Below, piece after piece: positions 38,297 to 48,898 of a stretch of 64,000 bases of DNA. A program made the translations under genes and the position numbers. The stretch spans positions 429 to 64,428 of the forward strand of contig JAOTWJ010000003.1 in the NCBI GenBank assembly GCA_029862925.1, given 5' to 3'. The stretch comes from Gemmatimonadota bacterium. GTDB taxonomy: Bacteria > Gemmatimonadota > Gemmatimonadetes > Gemmatimonadales > GWC2-71-9. Numbering within the stretch: the first letter of the stretch is position 1; each line of letters starts with the position of its first letter. A model generated the notes under the pieces. The model was given only the letters and a program-made list of their open reading frames with translations, did not search any database and had not been told where the DNA came from.

Positions 38297-39754
38297 ATGG
38301 TACGGCACTTGGCCATCTCTCCCGCGACCCTGCTCGCCGCCGCGCTCGTCGGTGCGTGTGCCACGTCGCCGTTCGAGGACCTGACCCGTGCCATCGACGG
38401 GGAGCTGATCAACGGCGACACGACGTTGATCGTGATGGAATCGGCCATCTTCCGCGCCCGGGCCATCTACTCCGTGGGTCCGGGCACGCCGGTCTCCATG
38501 CGCTGGGCCGTCACCGACACCACGCTGCTCGATATCAGTTCCCAGCCCGATCTGACCGCCTCCGTGCGCGCCAAAGCCACCGGTGAGGCCTGGGTGCTTG
38601 GCCTGGTCAACGAGGAGTTCCTCGACAGTACCAAGGTGACGATCGTCGCGCGCGGCACCGTGAAGTGGCGCCGCCCACTCGCGGCTGCCCCCACCCGGTA
38701 CCTCGCGATCGACGACTCCAATCGTGTGCATGTGACGACGACCGCGGGCCAGCTGGTCGTGCTGCGCGCGACCGGTGATACGGTGCGCGCGCAGAACCGG
38801 TGCGCGGGAGCGCTGGGCCCGAGTGTGATCGGCACCAGCGCTCACACCGTTGGTGCCGGATGCCTGGATCGGACGGCGCAGGACGGGTCCGCAGCCTGGG
38901 CGCTCGCGTTCGGCGACGCCGAGGGCGGCGTGGCCCTCGCCGCCGACGAAGCGACGCTCGTGACCTCCGTGGAATCGGGCGCGGGGGGCGACGCCATCGT
39001 GCTGAGCCGCGTGTCGCTCCTCGGCGCAGTGCTGTGGCGCGACACGCTGGTGGCCGGCGCCCTCGCCCCGGCGACCGCCCCGGCGATCGGCGCCGACGGC
39101 AGCATCTATGCGCCCTGGCGTCTAGCGGCGGACTCGAGCCGGATCACGAAGTGGAGCGCGGCGGGCCAGCGGCGCTGGACGGTGGCGCTGCCGGGGCCGG
39201 TCCGCCACGCGAGCCCCGCGGTGGTGGGCGGCCGCGTCTACGTGGCGCACGAGAGCGGACTCACGGTGCTGGATACGGCCGGGGCCGTCGTCTGGAGCCG
39301 GGCGTTCAGCGACGCCGACCCGGCGATCCCGGCGGGCACCGTGCCGTCCTCCCCAGTGCTGGACCGGAATGGCGTCATCGTCGTGCAGACGCCGGCGGGA
39401 CTCCTCTCCTACAGCGCCGCCGGTGACGTCCGCTGGGTGGCCGACTCCCTCGGCGGCGGCGACGCCGCGCTGGGCGTCGGGGCGCCGACGCTGCTTGGCG
39501 ACGACGTGCTGCTGGTCCCGTGTGGCGGCGAGGTCTGCGGGGTAGCCCTGGCGACGGGCGCACTCGTGTGGCGATCGACGATCGGCGGTGGGGCGATCGG
39601 CGGCGTGGCGGTGGGACTCGACGGCATGCTCTTCGTGGCGCGCGCCACGGCGGCGGGTGGAGAGGTGGTCGCGCTGTGGAACCGGCGGCTGCTGGCGCTG
39701 TTGGGATGGCCGACGGAGGGTGAAGGCTCGGGCCGCACCCGCCGGGAGCGCTGA
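38297..39754 (+). CDS. Lipoprotein with PQQ-like (BamB-type) beta-propeller
   Basis: LVGAC lipobox; repeated G..xW motifs (GTVKW, GAVLW, GQRRW, GAVVW, GDVRW, GALVW), PAIGADGSIY. Confidence 0.78.
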   Translation: MVRHLAISPATLLAAALVGACATSPFEDLTRAIDGELINGDTTLIVMESAIFRARAIYSVGPGTPVSMRWAVTDTTLLDISSQPDLTASVRAKATGEAWVLGLVNEEFLDSTKVTIVARGTVKWRRPLAAAPTRYLAIDDSNRVHVTTTAGQLVVLRATGDTVRAQNRCAGALGPSVIGTSAHTVGAGCLDRTAQDGSAAWALAFGDAEGGVALAADEATLVTSVESGAGGDAIVLSRVSLLGAVLWRDTLVAGALAPATAPAIGADGSIYAPWRLAADSSRITKWSAAGQRRWTVALPGPVRHASPAVVGGRVYVAHESGLTVLDTAGAVVWSRAFSDADPAIPAGTVPSSPVLDRNGVIVVQTPAGLLSYSAAGDVRWVADSLGGGDAALGVGAPTLLGDDVLLVPCGGEVCGVALATGALVWRSTIGGGAIGGVAVGLDGMLFVARATAAGGEVVALWNRRLLALLGWPTEGEGSGRTRRER

Positions 39755-39765
39755 GGCGCCGGCGA

Positions 39766-42090
39766 CTATTCCTCCCGCGCCCCGTCCTTGGGTGGCCGGG
39801 CCTCTTCGCGGATCGTGCGCACCCCGGGCCACCAGTTCCAGCGTCCGGCGATGTGCATGAAGGACGGCACGAGCACCATGCGCACCAGGGTCGCGTCCAG
39901 GAACACGGCGGCCGCGAGTCCGAAGCCGAACAGCTGCACCGCCAACACTCGGGAAAACGCGAAGGTCCCGAACACGATGATCATGATCGCCGCCGCGCTC
40001 GTGATGACCGAGGCAGTGGCGCTCAGGCCCTCCATGGTGGCCTGGCTGTTTCGGCCCGACCGATCGAACGCTTCCTTGATGCGGGCCAGGAGGAACACCT
40101 CGTAGTCCATGCTCAGCCCGAACACGACCGCGAAGACCAGCACGGGCACCAGCACGAAAATGGCCTCGGTCGGCCCGGTCAGGCCGAACAGCCCGCTGCC
40201 GAAGCCGTGCTGGAAGACCAGCACGATCAGTCCGAACGCCCCCGCCACCGACAGGCAATTCATCACGACCGCCTTGAGCGGCACCAGCACCGACTGGAAG
40301 GCGACGAACATCGCGATCGCGGTGATGACCAGGACGAGGGCGACGAGCAGGGGAAACCGCCGCAGCAGCTCGTCCTGCAGATCCACGCTCGCAGCCTGGA
40401 ACCCCTGGAGCAGGACTTCCACCGAATCGAGTCCGCGGACGCCGGCATCGCGAATCCCGCGAATCCCCCGCACCACGTCCATCGATCCGGTGATGGACGT
40501 GGTGTCGCTGAGGAGCACGGTCATGCGCGTCGTGCGCGCGTCGCGCGAGAGGAAGGTGTCGAGCAGTTCGGGATAGCGCTGTCGCGCCCGGTCGACGTCG
40601 CTGTACAGCAGCGAGTACTGCAGCATCGAAATCCCGGGTTCCAGCGTGATGACGCTGCGGACATCGGCCACGCGGGGGTCGGCGGCGACCGAATCCGCGA
40701 GCCGCTTGAGGCCCCGCAGATACCGAGTCCCCACGACCTTCTCGCCCTCCGGGGCGCGCACGACGAGCGTGATCGGCTGAAGCACACCCGCGGCGCCCAC
40801 GCGGTTCAGCGTCTCCACGCCGGCGGCCGACTCGGTGCCGCTCGGGAACCAACCCGCGCGCGGCAGGCCGATGCGGATGCCGCCCAGCGGCCACATGATG
40901 ACCGCCGCCGTCGCCAGACCGATGAGCAGCGCCTGCCAAGGGTGATTGCCCAGCCACCGGGCCCACCGTTCCCATCCGGCCGGGGCGTGATACCAGGCCA
41001 GCCGCCGCGCGAGCCCGCGCGGCTCATCGATCGCGCGACCGAGAATGGCCAGTACCGCGGGCAACAGGGTGACGGACAGAAGTACCGCGACGCTCACGAC
41101 GATGACACCGCCGATCGCCACTGAGCGCGTCTCCATCACCGGGGCGACAAAGAGGCTGGCGAAGCCGACGACCACCGTCAGCCCGCTGGTGACGACCGCA
41201 CGCCCCGCGGTCTGAATTGTCCGGGTGGCCGCGTCTCGGCGCCGCAAACCGCGGTTCAATTCCTCACGGAACCGGGTCACCACCAGCAACGAGTAGTCGA
41301 TGCCCACCCCGAGGCCGATCATCGTCACGATGTTGAGCACGAAGACCGACATGGGCAGAAACGCCGCGGCGACGTGCACGAGCGCCAGGCCACACGTGAT
41401 CGCGAGCACCCCCACGATGATGGGGAGCGCCGCGGCGACCAGCGCGCCGAAGGCCACCACGAGCACGATGGCCGCCAGTGGCAGGGCGCGCGCCTCGCCC
41501 CAGTCGGCGTCCTCCTTGCTCACGGTGCGCCCGTCGAAATCCAGCGCCGGTGCTCCCGTCACGTTCACGCGGTAATCCCGCCGGTTCGGCAGTCGTTCGG
41601 CGGCCCGATGGACCGCGCCGCGGAAGGCGGGGGTCAGGTCCGTCGAGCTGTCGGCGCTCGTCATGTCCACGGCGGCCACGAGGAACGCCGCCCGCCGGTC
41701 GTCGCTGACGAACTGCGTGATCGACGAGTTGAGCGGCGAGAACACACGCGCGACGTACGGTTCCGCCGCGGCGGCCGCGGCGAGGGCATTGATGGCGGCA
41801 CGGTACGGCGCGCTGTCGATGGGGATGGGTCCCTCGACGGTCACGGCGAAGAAGTGCGTGAACGGCTGGGGGAATTCCTGGCGGAGCCATTCGGACGCAC
41901 GCCGGGATTCCGTCTCGAGGACGGACCGGCCCTCGACGTCCAGCACGTCATGGACGCGCGAGGCCCGCGGACTCGCGAACGCGGCCACCGCGATCCAGAA
42001 GGCGATGATGAGGTAGCGGAAGCGGACGATTGCCCGCGCCGGAGATCCGAACACGCCACCTCCAACCTGGGTGCTGGACTGCTGCGCCAC
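39766..42090 (-). CDS. MMPL family (RND) transporter
   Basis: GLGVGIDYSLL..RFREE, GRAVVTSG, FGLSMDYEVFLL..IKE, VITSAA, GRWNWW. Confidence 0.93.
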   Translation of the reverse strand: MAQQSSTQVGGGVFGSPARAIVRFRYLIIAFWIAVAAFASPRASRVHDVLDVEGRSVLETESRRASEWLRQEFPQPFTHFFAVTVEGPIPIDSAPYRAAINALAAAAAAEPYVARVFSPLNSSITQFVSDDRRAAFLVAAVDMTSADSSTDLTPAFRGAVHRAAERLPNRRDYRVNVTGAPALDFDGRTVSKEDADWGEARALPLAAIVLVVAFGALVAAALPIIVGVLAITCGLALVHVAAAFLPMSVFVLNIVTMIGLGVGIDYSLLVVTRFREELNRGLRRRDAATRTIQTAGRAVVTSGLTVVVGFASLFVAPVMETRSVAIGGVIVVSVAVLLSVTLLPAVLAILGRAIDEPRGLARRLAWYHAPAGWERWARWLGNHPWQALLIGLATAAVIMWPLGGIRIGLPRAGWFPSGTESAAGVETLNRVGAAGVLQPITLVVRAPEGEKVVGTRYLRGLKRLADSVAADPRVADVRSVITLEPGISMLQYSLLYSDVDRARQRYPELLDTFLSRDARTTRMTVLLSDTTSITGSMDVVRGIRGIRDAGVRGLDSVEVLLQGFQAASVDLQDELLRRFPLLVALVLVITAIAMFVAFQSVLVPLKAVVMNCLSVAGAFGLIVLVFQHGFGSGLFGLTGPTEAIFVLVPVLVFAVVFGLSMDYEVFLLARIKEAFDRSGRNSQATMEGLSATASVITSAAAIMIIVFGTFAFSRVLAVQLFGFGLAAAVFLDATLVRMVLVPSFMHIAGRWNWWPGVRTIREEARPPKDGAREE

Positions 42091-42228
42091 CCTGCTGACC
42101 GGCTACGCCCGGATCGACGAGTGGTCTCGCAAGTGCTTATTGCGGCGAATCATAGACCAGGGACGCACGAGGCGCCAGCGAGTCGCGCGTGTTGGGGTCC
42201 GGCCTCGGGGCGTCGTATATTGCCCACC

Positions 42229-42981
42229 ATGCGCGCGCTCTTGTGGAGCCTCAAGATCCTGCTCGTCCTGACCGCCCTCGTCGTTGCCGTGCAGGTCGGG
42301 CGGCACCTCGTGCCGGTGCAACCGGAGGTGCGCGGTGTCGCGCCGGACGCTTCACTCGGCGGCAGCGTGGACCTGGATTCGGTTCGCGCCGCCCGGGCGG
42401 GCGTCCTGCGGCACATCGCGGGAGCGGACTCCTATCTGCCGGCGATGCTCGCCGAAGGCGACTCGGTGCTCAAACGCTGGCCGGAGCGGATGACGGTGCC
42501 GCTCACGGTCTACCTGCCGGCCGGCGCGGTGACCGGCGCGAGCGGCGACAAGCGGGAGGCGGCCCGCCGGGCGTTTGTGCGATGGGAACGGGTGGGAGCC
42601 ATCCCGGTGCGGTTCCAGTTCGTGACCGACTCCGCGCAGGCGGAGGTCGTGGTGCGGTGGATCGAGCGCTTCCCCATCCGCCGGGCCGGGCAGGCGGACA
42701 TCCACTGGAACCGCAACGGGTGGATCCTGCGGGCGTCGCTCACTCTTGCCACGCACACCACCGACGGATTCCCCCTGGGTGTGGAAGCCGTGCACACCGT
42801 CGCCCTGCACGAGATCGGACATCTGCTCGGTCTGGGGCATTCGGACGATGCGCGCGACGTCATGTACCCGTCGACGGAAGTCCAGGACATCACGGCGCGT
42901 GACCGGCATACGGCCCGGCTGCTGTACTCCGTGCCGCCGGGGTCGCTGCGGCTCGGCGTGAGCGGCGACCGGTCCCGGTGA
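42229..42981 (+). CDS. Matrixin (M10/metzincin) metalloprotease
   Basis: HEIGHLLGLGH and Met-turn DVMYP; N-terminal TM. Confidence 0.9.
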   Translation: MRALLWSLKILLVLTALVVAVQVGRHLVPVQPEVRGVAPDASLGGSVDLDSVRAARAGVLRHIAGADSYLPAMLAEGDSVLKRWPERMTVPLTVYLPAGAVTGASGDKREAARRAFVRWERVGAIPVRFQFVTDSAQAEVVVRWIERFPIRRAGQADIHWNRNGWILRASLTLATHTTDGFPLGVEAVHTVALHEIGHLLGLGHSDDARDVMYPSTEVQDITARDRHTARLLYSVPPGSLRLGVSGDRSR

Positions 42982-42997
42982 CCCCTCGCACGACGGC

Positions 42998-44443
42998 CTA
43001 GCGCCCGTCCAGCGCTCGCAGCAGCGCGAGCGCGTACTCCGCGTAGCGCTGCAGCCCCGAGAATGGAAAGGCGTCGTCGTACTCGTCGCCCGGCTGGTGG
43101 TAGCGGTCCCACCGCCGCCGCAGCGCCTGCGAGGAATCTGCGGTCAGACCCTGGTAGGGGGCGGACCCGGGAATCAGGAACACGGCGGGCACGCCGCGTC
43201 GCGCGAACGGGAAGTAGTCCGAGTTCGGCGTTGCCGGGGAGACCGTGGCGCTCCAGCCCCGCGCCGCCGCGACGTCCACGGCCAGCGCGCCGAGCGGCGA
43301 GTCGCTGCCTCCGGCCACCCGCCAGTTCCACGGCGGGGCGGGCGGCGCGCCGGCATCCAGATTGATCACCGCGCGGATCCGCTCGAGCGGCAGCGGCGGG
43401 TGGGCGACGAAGTAATCGGAGCCCAAGAGCCCGCGTTCCTCCCCCGTGAAGAACAGGAACAGCACCGAATGGCGCAAACCGACGGGGACCTCGGTGAGGT
43501 GCTGCGCGATCGCGAGCAGCATCGCCACGCCCGCCGCGTTGTCCGAGAACCCGTTGTAGATCGAGTCGCCACGCTCATCCGGCAGGCTGATCCCCAGGTG
43601 GTCGTAATGCGCGGTGAGGGCGATCGCCGTATCGGTCAGCCGCCGATCACCGCCGGACAGGAGACACGCGACGTTCCGTGCGGGGATGCGCGTTTCGTCG
43701 AAAGCGGCGCGGAGCTCGAGCGTCACCCGACCGCCGCGGAGCGCCTCCGCGAGAGCGGCGGCGACCCGCGGCGCGGCGATCACGGCGGGGAGTGCGGGGA
43801 AGAACGACGACGGCACGCCGGGGTCGTCGAGGAGCGTCAGCCGCAGATCGCGGCTCGCGGCATACAGCCGGTACGTGCGCTCGTCCTCCAGCAGGTGCAC
43901 CAGGGCCACGGCACCGCGCGCGGCGAGGATCGCGGCCACGGTCGCCTGCACCGGGCCCGCCGTGAGCGCAACGCGCCCGTGGAGCGGCGGTAATGCGTCG
44001 GGGGCCTGGCGAATGGCGTCCGCCGTCCCGACGAACACCGGCTCACCCGCGAAGCCCCGGAGTGCGGAGCGCGTCCCGCCGACCACCAGGAAATCGGGGC
44101 CGGCGGCAAACGCCGTGGTATCGCGCGGCCGGCGGACCCGCAGGACGGTGGTCTCCGGGCGGACGGCCGCCTCGAGCATCGGGACGTCGAGCCCGTAGCT
44201 CGCCCCCACCGGGCGAAGCCCCAGCGCGCGGCACTGCGCTTCGATGTAGCGGGCCGCCAGTTCGGCGCCGCGGCGGCCGGTGCCCCGCCCCTCGAGCAGA
44301 TCGTCCGCGAGGAAGGACGTGTGGGCCCGCAGCGCCAGCGTGTCGATCCCGCGCACGACCGGGGTCGGAGGTGCCAGCGGGCGCGGGGCGCAGGCAACGG
44401 CGGCGAGCGCCCCAACGAGCGTCAGATGATGGCGAACGAACAT
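42998..44443 (-). CDS. M28 family peptidase (lipoprotein)
   Basis: LEGRGTG, AHYDHLG, NGFSDNAAG, TGEERGLLGS, SDY, YHQPGD. Confidence 0.92.
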   Translation of the reverse strand: MFVRHHLTLVGALAAVACAPRPLAPPTPVVRGIDTLALRAHTSFLADDLLEGRGTGRRGAELAARYIEAQCRALGLRPVGASYGLDVPMLEAAVRPETTVLRVRRPRDTTAFAAGPDFLVVGGTRSALRGFAGEPVFVGTADAIRQAPDALPPLHGRVALTAGPVQATVAAILAARGAVALVHLLEDERTYRLYAASRDLRLTLLDDPGVPSSFFPALPAVIAAPRVAAALAEALRGGRVTLELRAAFDETRIPARNVACLLSGGDRRLTDTAIALTAHYDHLGISLPDERGDSIYNGFSDNAAGVAMLLAIAQHLTEVPVGLRHSVLFLFFTGEERGLLGSDYFVAHPPLPLERIRAVINLDAGAPPAPPWNWRVAGGSDSPLGALAVDVAAARGWSATVSPATPNSDYFPFARRGVPAVFLIPGSAPYQGLTADSSQALRRRWDRYHQPGDEYDDAFPFSGLQRYAEYALALLRALDGR

Positions 44444-44493
44444 GCGGCACTCCGCAATGGCGGCCTGTGGCGGACGGCAGCTAAGATAGTGAC

Positions 44494-45615
44494 ATGCCCC
44501 TGCTGCTCGCCCTGCTCGCCCTGGCGCAAGATCCGGCCGCCATCGATCGCGCCGTGCGCGACGGCATTGGGGCGGGTGTCTTCCCCGGGGCCGTCGTCGT
44601 GATCGGTACGGCCGACACCGTGCTGTACGCGCAGGGGTACGGGCACTTCACGTGGAGCGACCAGACCCCCGTCCCCCACCCGGACAGTACCCTGTTCGAT
44701 CTGGCGTCCGTGACGAAAGTCGTCGCGACCACTACGGCGGCCATGCTGCTGGTCGACCGCGGGTCGCTGGCCCTGCCGGCTCCCGTTTCGTCGTATCTGC
44801 CCGGGTTCCTGGGCGCCGGCAAGGACGCCGTGACGGTGCGCCACCTGTTGGAGCACCGATCGGGGCTGCGCGCCTTCCTGCGACTCGACACCCTCGCGCG
44901 GGACGCCGCGCAGGCGCGGCAGTTCGTCCTCGCGGAGCCCCTGCGGTGGCCGGCGGGGACGCACGTCGAGTACAGCGACCTCAACGCCATGCTCCTCAGC
45001 TGGGTCATCGAAGCCGTCGCCGGGACGTCGCTCGACAGCTTCGTCACCCGCGAGATCCTGGAACCACTCGGCATGCGGGACGCGCGCTTCCGTCCGCCCC
45101 GGGCCTTGCGCGCGCGCATCATGCCGGTGGGGCGGTGGCGCGGGCACGCGATCGCCGGCGAACTGCACGACCAGAACGCGGTCCGTCTTGGCGGCGTTTC
45201 CGGCCACGCGGGGTTGTACGCCACCGGCAGCGATCTCGCCCGGTTTGCGCAGTTCATGTTGCGGCGCGGCCGTACCGTCTCCGGCCAGCAGCTCGTCCGC
45301 GGCGGGGTCGTGGATGCCTTCGTCCGGCGGGGCCCGGGGCACCGCGCCCTGGGCTGGGAGATGCGGGACACCACCGGCAGCGACAACACCGGACGGCTCC
45401 TCTCGTCCGCCACCTACGGCCACACCGGTTTTACCGGAACGTCCCTCTGGATCGATCCCGAGCGGGATGTGTTCGTCGTGCTGCTGACCAACCGCGTGTT
45501 CGCGCCCCGCGCGGGGCGGTCAATCTCGCGCCTGAAGGTCGTCCGCGGTGAGGTCGCCGATGCCGCCGCGCGGCTGCGGTGCGGGGTCGGAGCGGCCGCG
45601 ACGGCCGCGTGCTGA
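44494..45615 (+). CDS. Serine hydrolase, beta-lactamase class C family
   Basis: ASVTK (SxxK), YSD, LLEHRSGL, GHAGLY, YGHTGFTG, LLTNR. Confidence 0.9.
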   Translation: MPLLLALLALAQDPAAIDRAVRDGIGAGVFPGAVVVIGTADTVLYAQGYGHFTWSDQTPVPHPDSTLFDLASVTKVVATTTAAMLLVDRGSLALPAPVSSYLPGFLGAGKDAVTVRHLLEHRSGLRAFLRLDTLARDAAQARQFVLAEPLRWPAGTHVEYSDLNAMLLSWVIEAVAGTSLDSFVTREILEPLGMRDARFRPPRALRARIMPVGRWRGHAIAGELHDQNAVRLGGVSGHAGLYATGSDLARFAQFMLRRGRTVSGQQLVRGGVVDAFVRRGPGHRALGWEMRDTTGSDNTGRLLSSATYGHTGFTGTSLWIDPERDVFVVLLTNRVFAPRAGRSISRLKVVRGEVADAAARLRCGVGAAATAAC

Positions 45616-45986
45616 CGACGAGCCCGCTGCCGCGCCCGGTGCTCATCTACGACGACGCCTGCGCGTTCTGTCGACGATGGGTCCGCCGGCTCAAGCGCTG
45701 GGACCGGCGGGATCGGATCGCGCTGCTGCCGCTGCAAGACGAGCGGGCCGCCTCGCTCGCCGGCCGGCCGCGGCACGCGCTCGAGCACGCCGCGCATGCC
45801 GTGCTCCCGTCCGGGGAGGTCGTCGCGGGTGCGGCCGCCCTCCGGGCGCTGTGCGGGTACCTGCCGGGCGGTGCGCTCCCACGGGCGGTGCTCGGCGTGC
45901 CCGGCGCGCTTCCCCTCGCCGAACGCCTCTATGCATGGGTTGCGCGCCGCTGGGGACCGGTTGGCCCCGGGGTTCGGGAGCGGTAG
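45609..45986 (+). CDS. DCC1-like thiol-disulfide oxidoreductase (DUF393)
   Basis: LIYDDACAFC, LYAWVARR. Confidence 0.85.
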   Translation: MLTTSPLPRPVLIYDDACAFCRRWVRRLKRWDRRDRIALLPLQDERAASLAGRPRHALEHAAHAVLPSGEVVAGAAALRALCGYLPGGALPRAVLGVPGALPLAERLYAWVARRWGPVGPGVRER

Positions 45987-46034
45987 GTTGAGAGCGCGGG
46001 CGTCACGACGTTCACCGGGAGCCGCGAGGCACCA

Positions 46035-46337
46035 ATGGCCACGATCACCGAAGATCTGGTACGGAAGACCCTCCGGTCTGTGAAAGACCCGGAGCTCAAC
46101 CTCAACATCGTCGACCTCGGCCTCGTGTACGATATCGCCGTGCAGGACGGCGAGGTCGAGGTGAAAATGACGCTCACGTCCCCCGGCTGCCCGGCGGGGC
46201 CCGAGATCATGACGGACGCGGAACAGGCCGTGCGCGGGATCGACGGCGTTACGGAGGCCAAGATCGAGCTGGTCTGGGAACCCTACTGGACGCCCGAGCG
46301 GATCGACCCGCGGGTGCGGGCGTTTCTCGGTCTGTAG
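46035..46337 (+). CDS. Fe-S cluster assembly protein, SufT/PaaD-like (DUF59)
   Basis: VKDPELNLNIVDLGLVY, MTLTSPGCP, WEPYW. Confidence 0.92.
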   Translation: MATITEDLVRKTLRSVKDPELNLNIVDLGLVYDIAVQDGEVEVKMTLTSPGCPAGPEIMTDAEQAVRGIDGVTEAKIELVWEPYWTPERIDPRVRAFLGL

Positions 46338-46402
46338 ACCGGGCGGGATCTCCGCAGGCGATGCGCGGGCGGTCGGCGACCGTCCGCGCTGCGTTATGGG
46401 GG

Positions 46403-47545
46403 CTAGCGGACGGCCTTGAGCACGGCGGCGTCGGTCAGCACCTCGCGCTGCCAGCGGCGCAGATCGGGGACGCCGTCCAGGTCCTCCGGCGCCCGCGGCG
46501 CGAGTCGCGCGAGCTCCTGCAGGACGGCGTTGGGACAGACCAGTCCCGGATCCAGACCGACCTCCGGCGCGCGCCGGGCGCGCAGCTCTCGCAGGCGCTG
46601 AAACCGGGCGTCCGCCTCGGGGTCACGACGGGCCCGCGGGCGACGCTCCACCCGTGGCCAGTCCGCCGGTGGTGTCGCGCGGCCGGTGGCCACGGCGGAG
46701 AGCAGGGAGGCGCCGTGGCGTCGGGCCACGCTCGCCGGCAGCCGGGGCACCGCCGCCAGCCCGTCCGACGTCGTGGGCGCCGCCCGGGCCAGGGCCACTA
46801 GGGCTTCGTTGGACAGGACACGAAACGGCGCGCTATCGAGGTCGGCGGCCGTCTGCTCGCGCCACTCCCACACGGTGCGCAGCACCGCGAGCTCGGCGGC
46901 TTTCAGGGCTCTCGCGCCCTTGATGGCGAGGAATTGTTCGCCCGCCGGCGCTTTCTCGGTCCACCGCACGGCTTCCAGCCGGACGAACTCCTCCTCGGCC
47001 CATGCCAGGCGGCTGCCCTCGCGCAGCCGGGCGTCCAGCCGGTCGCGAAGCTCGGGCAGGTGCGCCGTGTCGGCCGCCGCGTAGGCGATCATCGCGTCGG
47101 TCAACGGTCGCTGCGACCAGTCGGCCCGTTGCAGCGCCTTGCTCAGCCGAACGCCGAAATACTTCTCGAGCAGCGCGCCGAGGCCAAAGGCGACCTCCCC
47201 GCTGAGCTGTGCCGCCACCTTCGTGTCCCACAGCCGGCGGGCCCGGAAGCCGTAATCGCGGTCGAGGATACGGAGATCGTAGTCCGCGTCGTGGAAGATG
47301 ACCTCCACCGCCGGATCGGCCAGCAGTCGGCCGATTGGACGGAGATCGGGGACGGCGAGGGGATCGACGAGAGCCGTTTCGCCGTCCGACGTGAGTTGCA
47401 GCAGGTAGACGCGATCAACGTACCGGTGAAACGAGGCGGCCTCGGTGTCGATGGCGAGGCGTCGTTCATTGGCGAGCCGCGTCGCCAGGGCTGCCAGGCT
47501 GCCCGCGTCCTGCACCATCGTCGGGTGGGGAGGGCTGGACGCCAT
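46403..47545 (-). CDS. rnd: Ribonuclease D (DEDD exonuclease + HRDC)
   Basis: AIDTE, FHDADYD, WDT, DWSQRPL, YAAAD, HRDC WREQTA. Confidence 0.92.
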   Translation of the reverse strand: MASSPPHPTMVQDAGSLAALATRLANERRLAIDTEAASFHRYVDRVYLLQLTSDGETALVDPLAVPDLRPIGRLLADPAVEVIFHDADYDLRILDRDYGFRARRLWDTKVAAQLSGEVAFGLGALLEKYFGVRLSKALQRADWSQRPLTDAMIAYAAADTAHLPELRDRLDARLREGSRLAWAEEEFVRLEAVRWTEKAPAGEQFLAIKGARALKAAELAVLRTVWEWREQTAADLDSAPFRVLSNEALVALARAAPTTSDGLAAVPRLPASVARRHGASLLSAVATGRATPPADWPRVERRPRARRDPEADARFQRLRELRARRAPEVGLDPGLVCPNAVLQELARLAPRAPEDLDGVPDLRRWQREVLTDAAVLKAVR

Positions 47546-47680
47546 CAGCGGCTGAGAGGCAGGTGTGTTCCGGTCATCACAGGCGTGTCACGAATCCGTT
47601 GCAGGATCGGGTTGCCGAGGTTTGATGCGCCTCGCTCGGAACGTAAGTTTAGCACGTCGGCGACCTTGGCGGGGGTGCCC

Positions 47681-48898
47681 GTGGCGGCGGATGTTCCGAT
47701 CGAATGCACCGTGTACCCGGACGACTGTGACGCGTTCGGGCACCTCAACCAGGCAAGCTTCCTGCGGTTGTTCGAGCGCGCGCGCTGGGCGGCGCTCGCT
47801 GCCGGGCCGGGAATGGATGCGTTCGAGCGCAGTGGTGCATGGCCTGCCGTGCGCAAGACCACGATTGAGTACTTGCAGCCGGTCTTCCCCGGTGAGCGGC
47901 TGCGGTTCGCGCTCGAGATCACCCGCCTGGGGCACACGAGTTTCGACATGCGGCAGACGGTCCGCCGCGCGACGGCGGAGGGCGTGGTTGCGGCGGCGGA
48001 CTTCGTGTTCGTGTGCGTCGGCACCGACGGTCGACCGGTCCCGGTGCCCGCCGAGGTGGCAGGGTATTTTGGCGCCCGGTCCCCCCGTGCCACCACCGCG
48101 ACCCAGCGGCACACCGTCCAGGGGGTGACGCTCGCGGTCGACGTGAGCGGAGACGGACCGGCACTGCTGCTCGTGCACGGGTTTCCGCTCGACCGGACGC
48201 TGTGGCGATCCGTCACGTCCACGCTCACCGGCTGGCGCCGCATCGTGCCCGACCTGCGCGGCATGGGGCTCTCGGAGGCGCCGGACGGTGATTATACGAT
48301 GGCGATGTACGCCGACGACTTGGCAGCGCTCCTGGACGCCCTCCACGTCGAGACGGCCGTCGTCTGCGGCCTCTCTATGGGCGGGTACGTGGCTTTCGAG
48401 TTGCTGCGGCGGCACCGCGATCGCATCCGCGCCTTGGTCTTGATGAACACGCGAGCCACGGCGGACGGGAGCGACGCGCGGGCGCGCCGGGAGGCGATGA
48501 TGGCGCGCGTCCGGCGTGACGGCACGGGCTTTCTCGCCGAGGAGATGCTGCCGAAGCTGATCGCGCCGGTATCCCACGAGACGATGCCGGAGGTCGTGCG
48601 GCATGTTCGGATGATGGCGGCCGGCAGTGCGCCGCACGGGATCGTCGGAGCGTTGGCGGCGATGCGAGACCGGACCGACGCCGGCGACCTTTTGGCAACG
48701 ATCGGTCTGCCCACTCTGGTCGTCGCGGGCAGCGAGGATCAGTTGATTCCCCTGGCTGAGGCTCGCGCCATGAGCGACGCGATCCGCGGCGCGCATTGGG
48801 CCGTCATTCCGGCAGCGGGGCACCTGGTTCCTGTCGAGCAGCCGGTCGCGACCGGCCGAGTGCTGCGGGAATTCCTGGAGGCCTTACCTCAAACATGA
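47681..48898 (+). CDS. Fused hotdog acyl-CoA thioesterase (YbgC/FadM-like) + alpha/beta hydrolase
   Basis: DCDAFGHLNQASFLRLFERAR; HGFPLD, PDLRGMG, GLSMGG, GSEDQL, AGHL; start approximate. Confidence 0.85.
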   Translation: MAADVPIECTVYPDDCDAFGHLNQASFLRLFERARWAALAAGPGMDAFERSGAWPAVRKTTIEYLQPVFPGERLRFALEITRLGHTSFDMRQTVRRATAEGVVAAADFVFVCVGTDGRPVPVPAEVAGYFGARSPRATTATQRHTVQGVTLAVDVSGDGPALLLVHGFPLDRTLWRSVTSTLTGWRRIVPDLRGMGLSEAPDGDYTMAMYADDLAALLDALHVETAVVCGLSMGGYVAFELLRRHRDRIRALVLMNTRATADGSDARARREAMMARVRRDGTGFLAEEMLPKLIAPVSHETMPEVVRHVRMMAAGSAPHGIVGALAAMRDRTDAGDLLATIGLPTLVVAGSEDQLIPLAEARAMSDAIRGAHWAVIPAAGHLVPVEQPVATGRVLREFLEALPQT

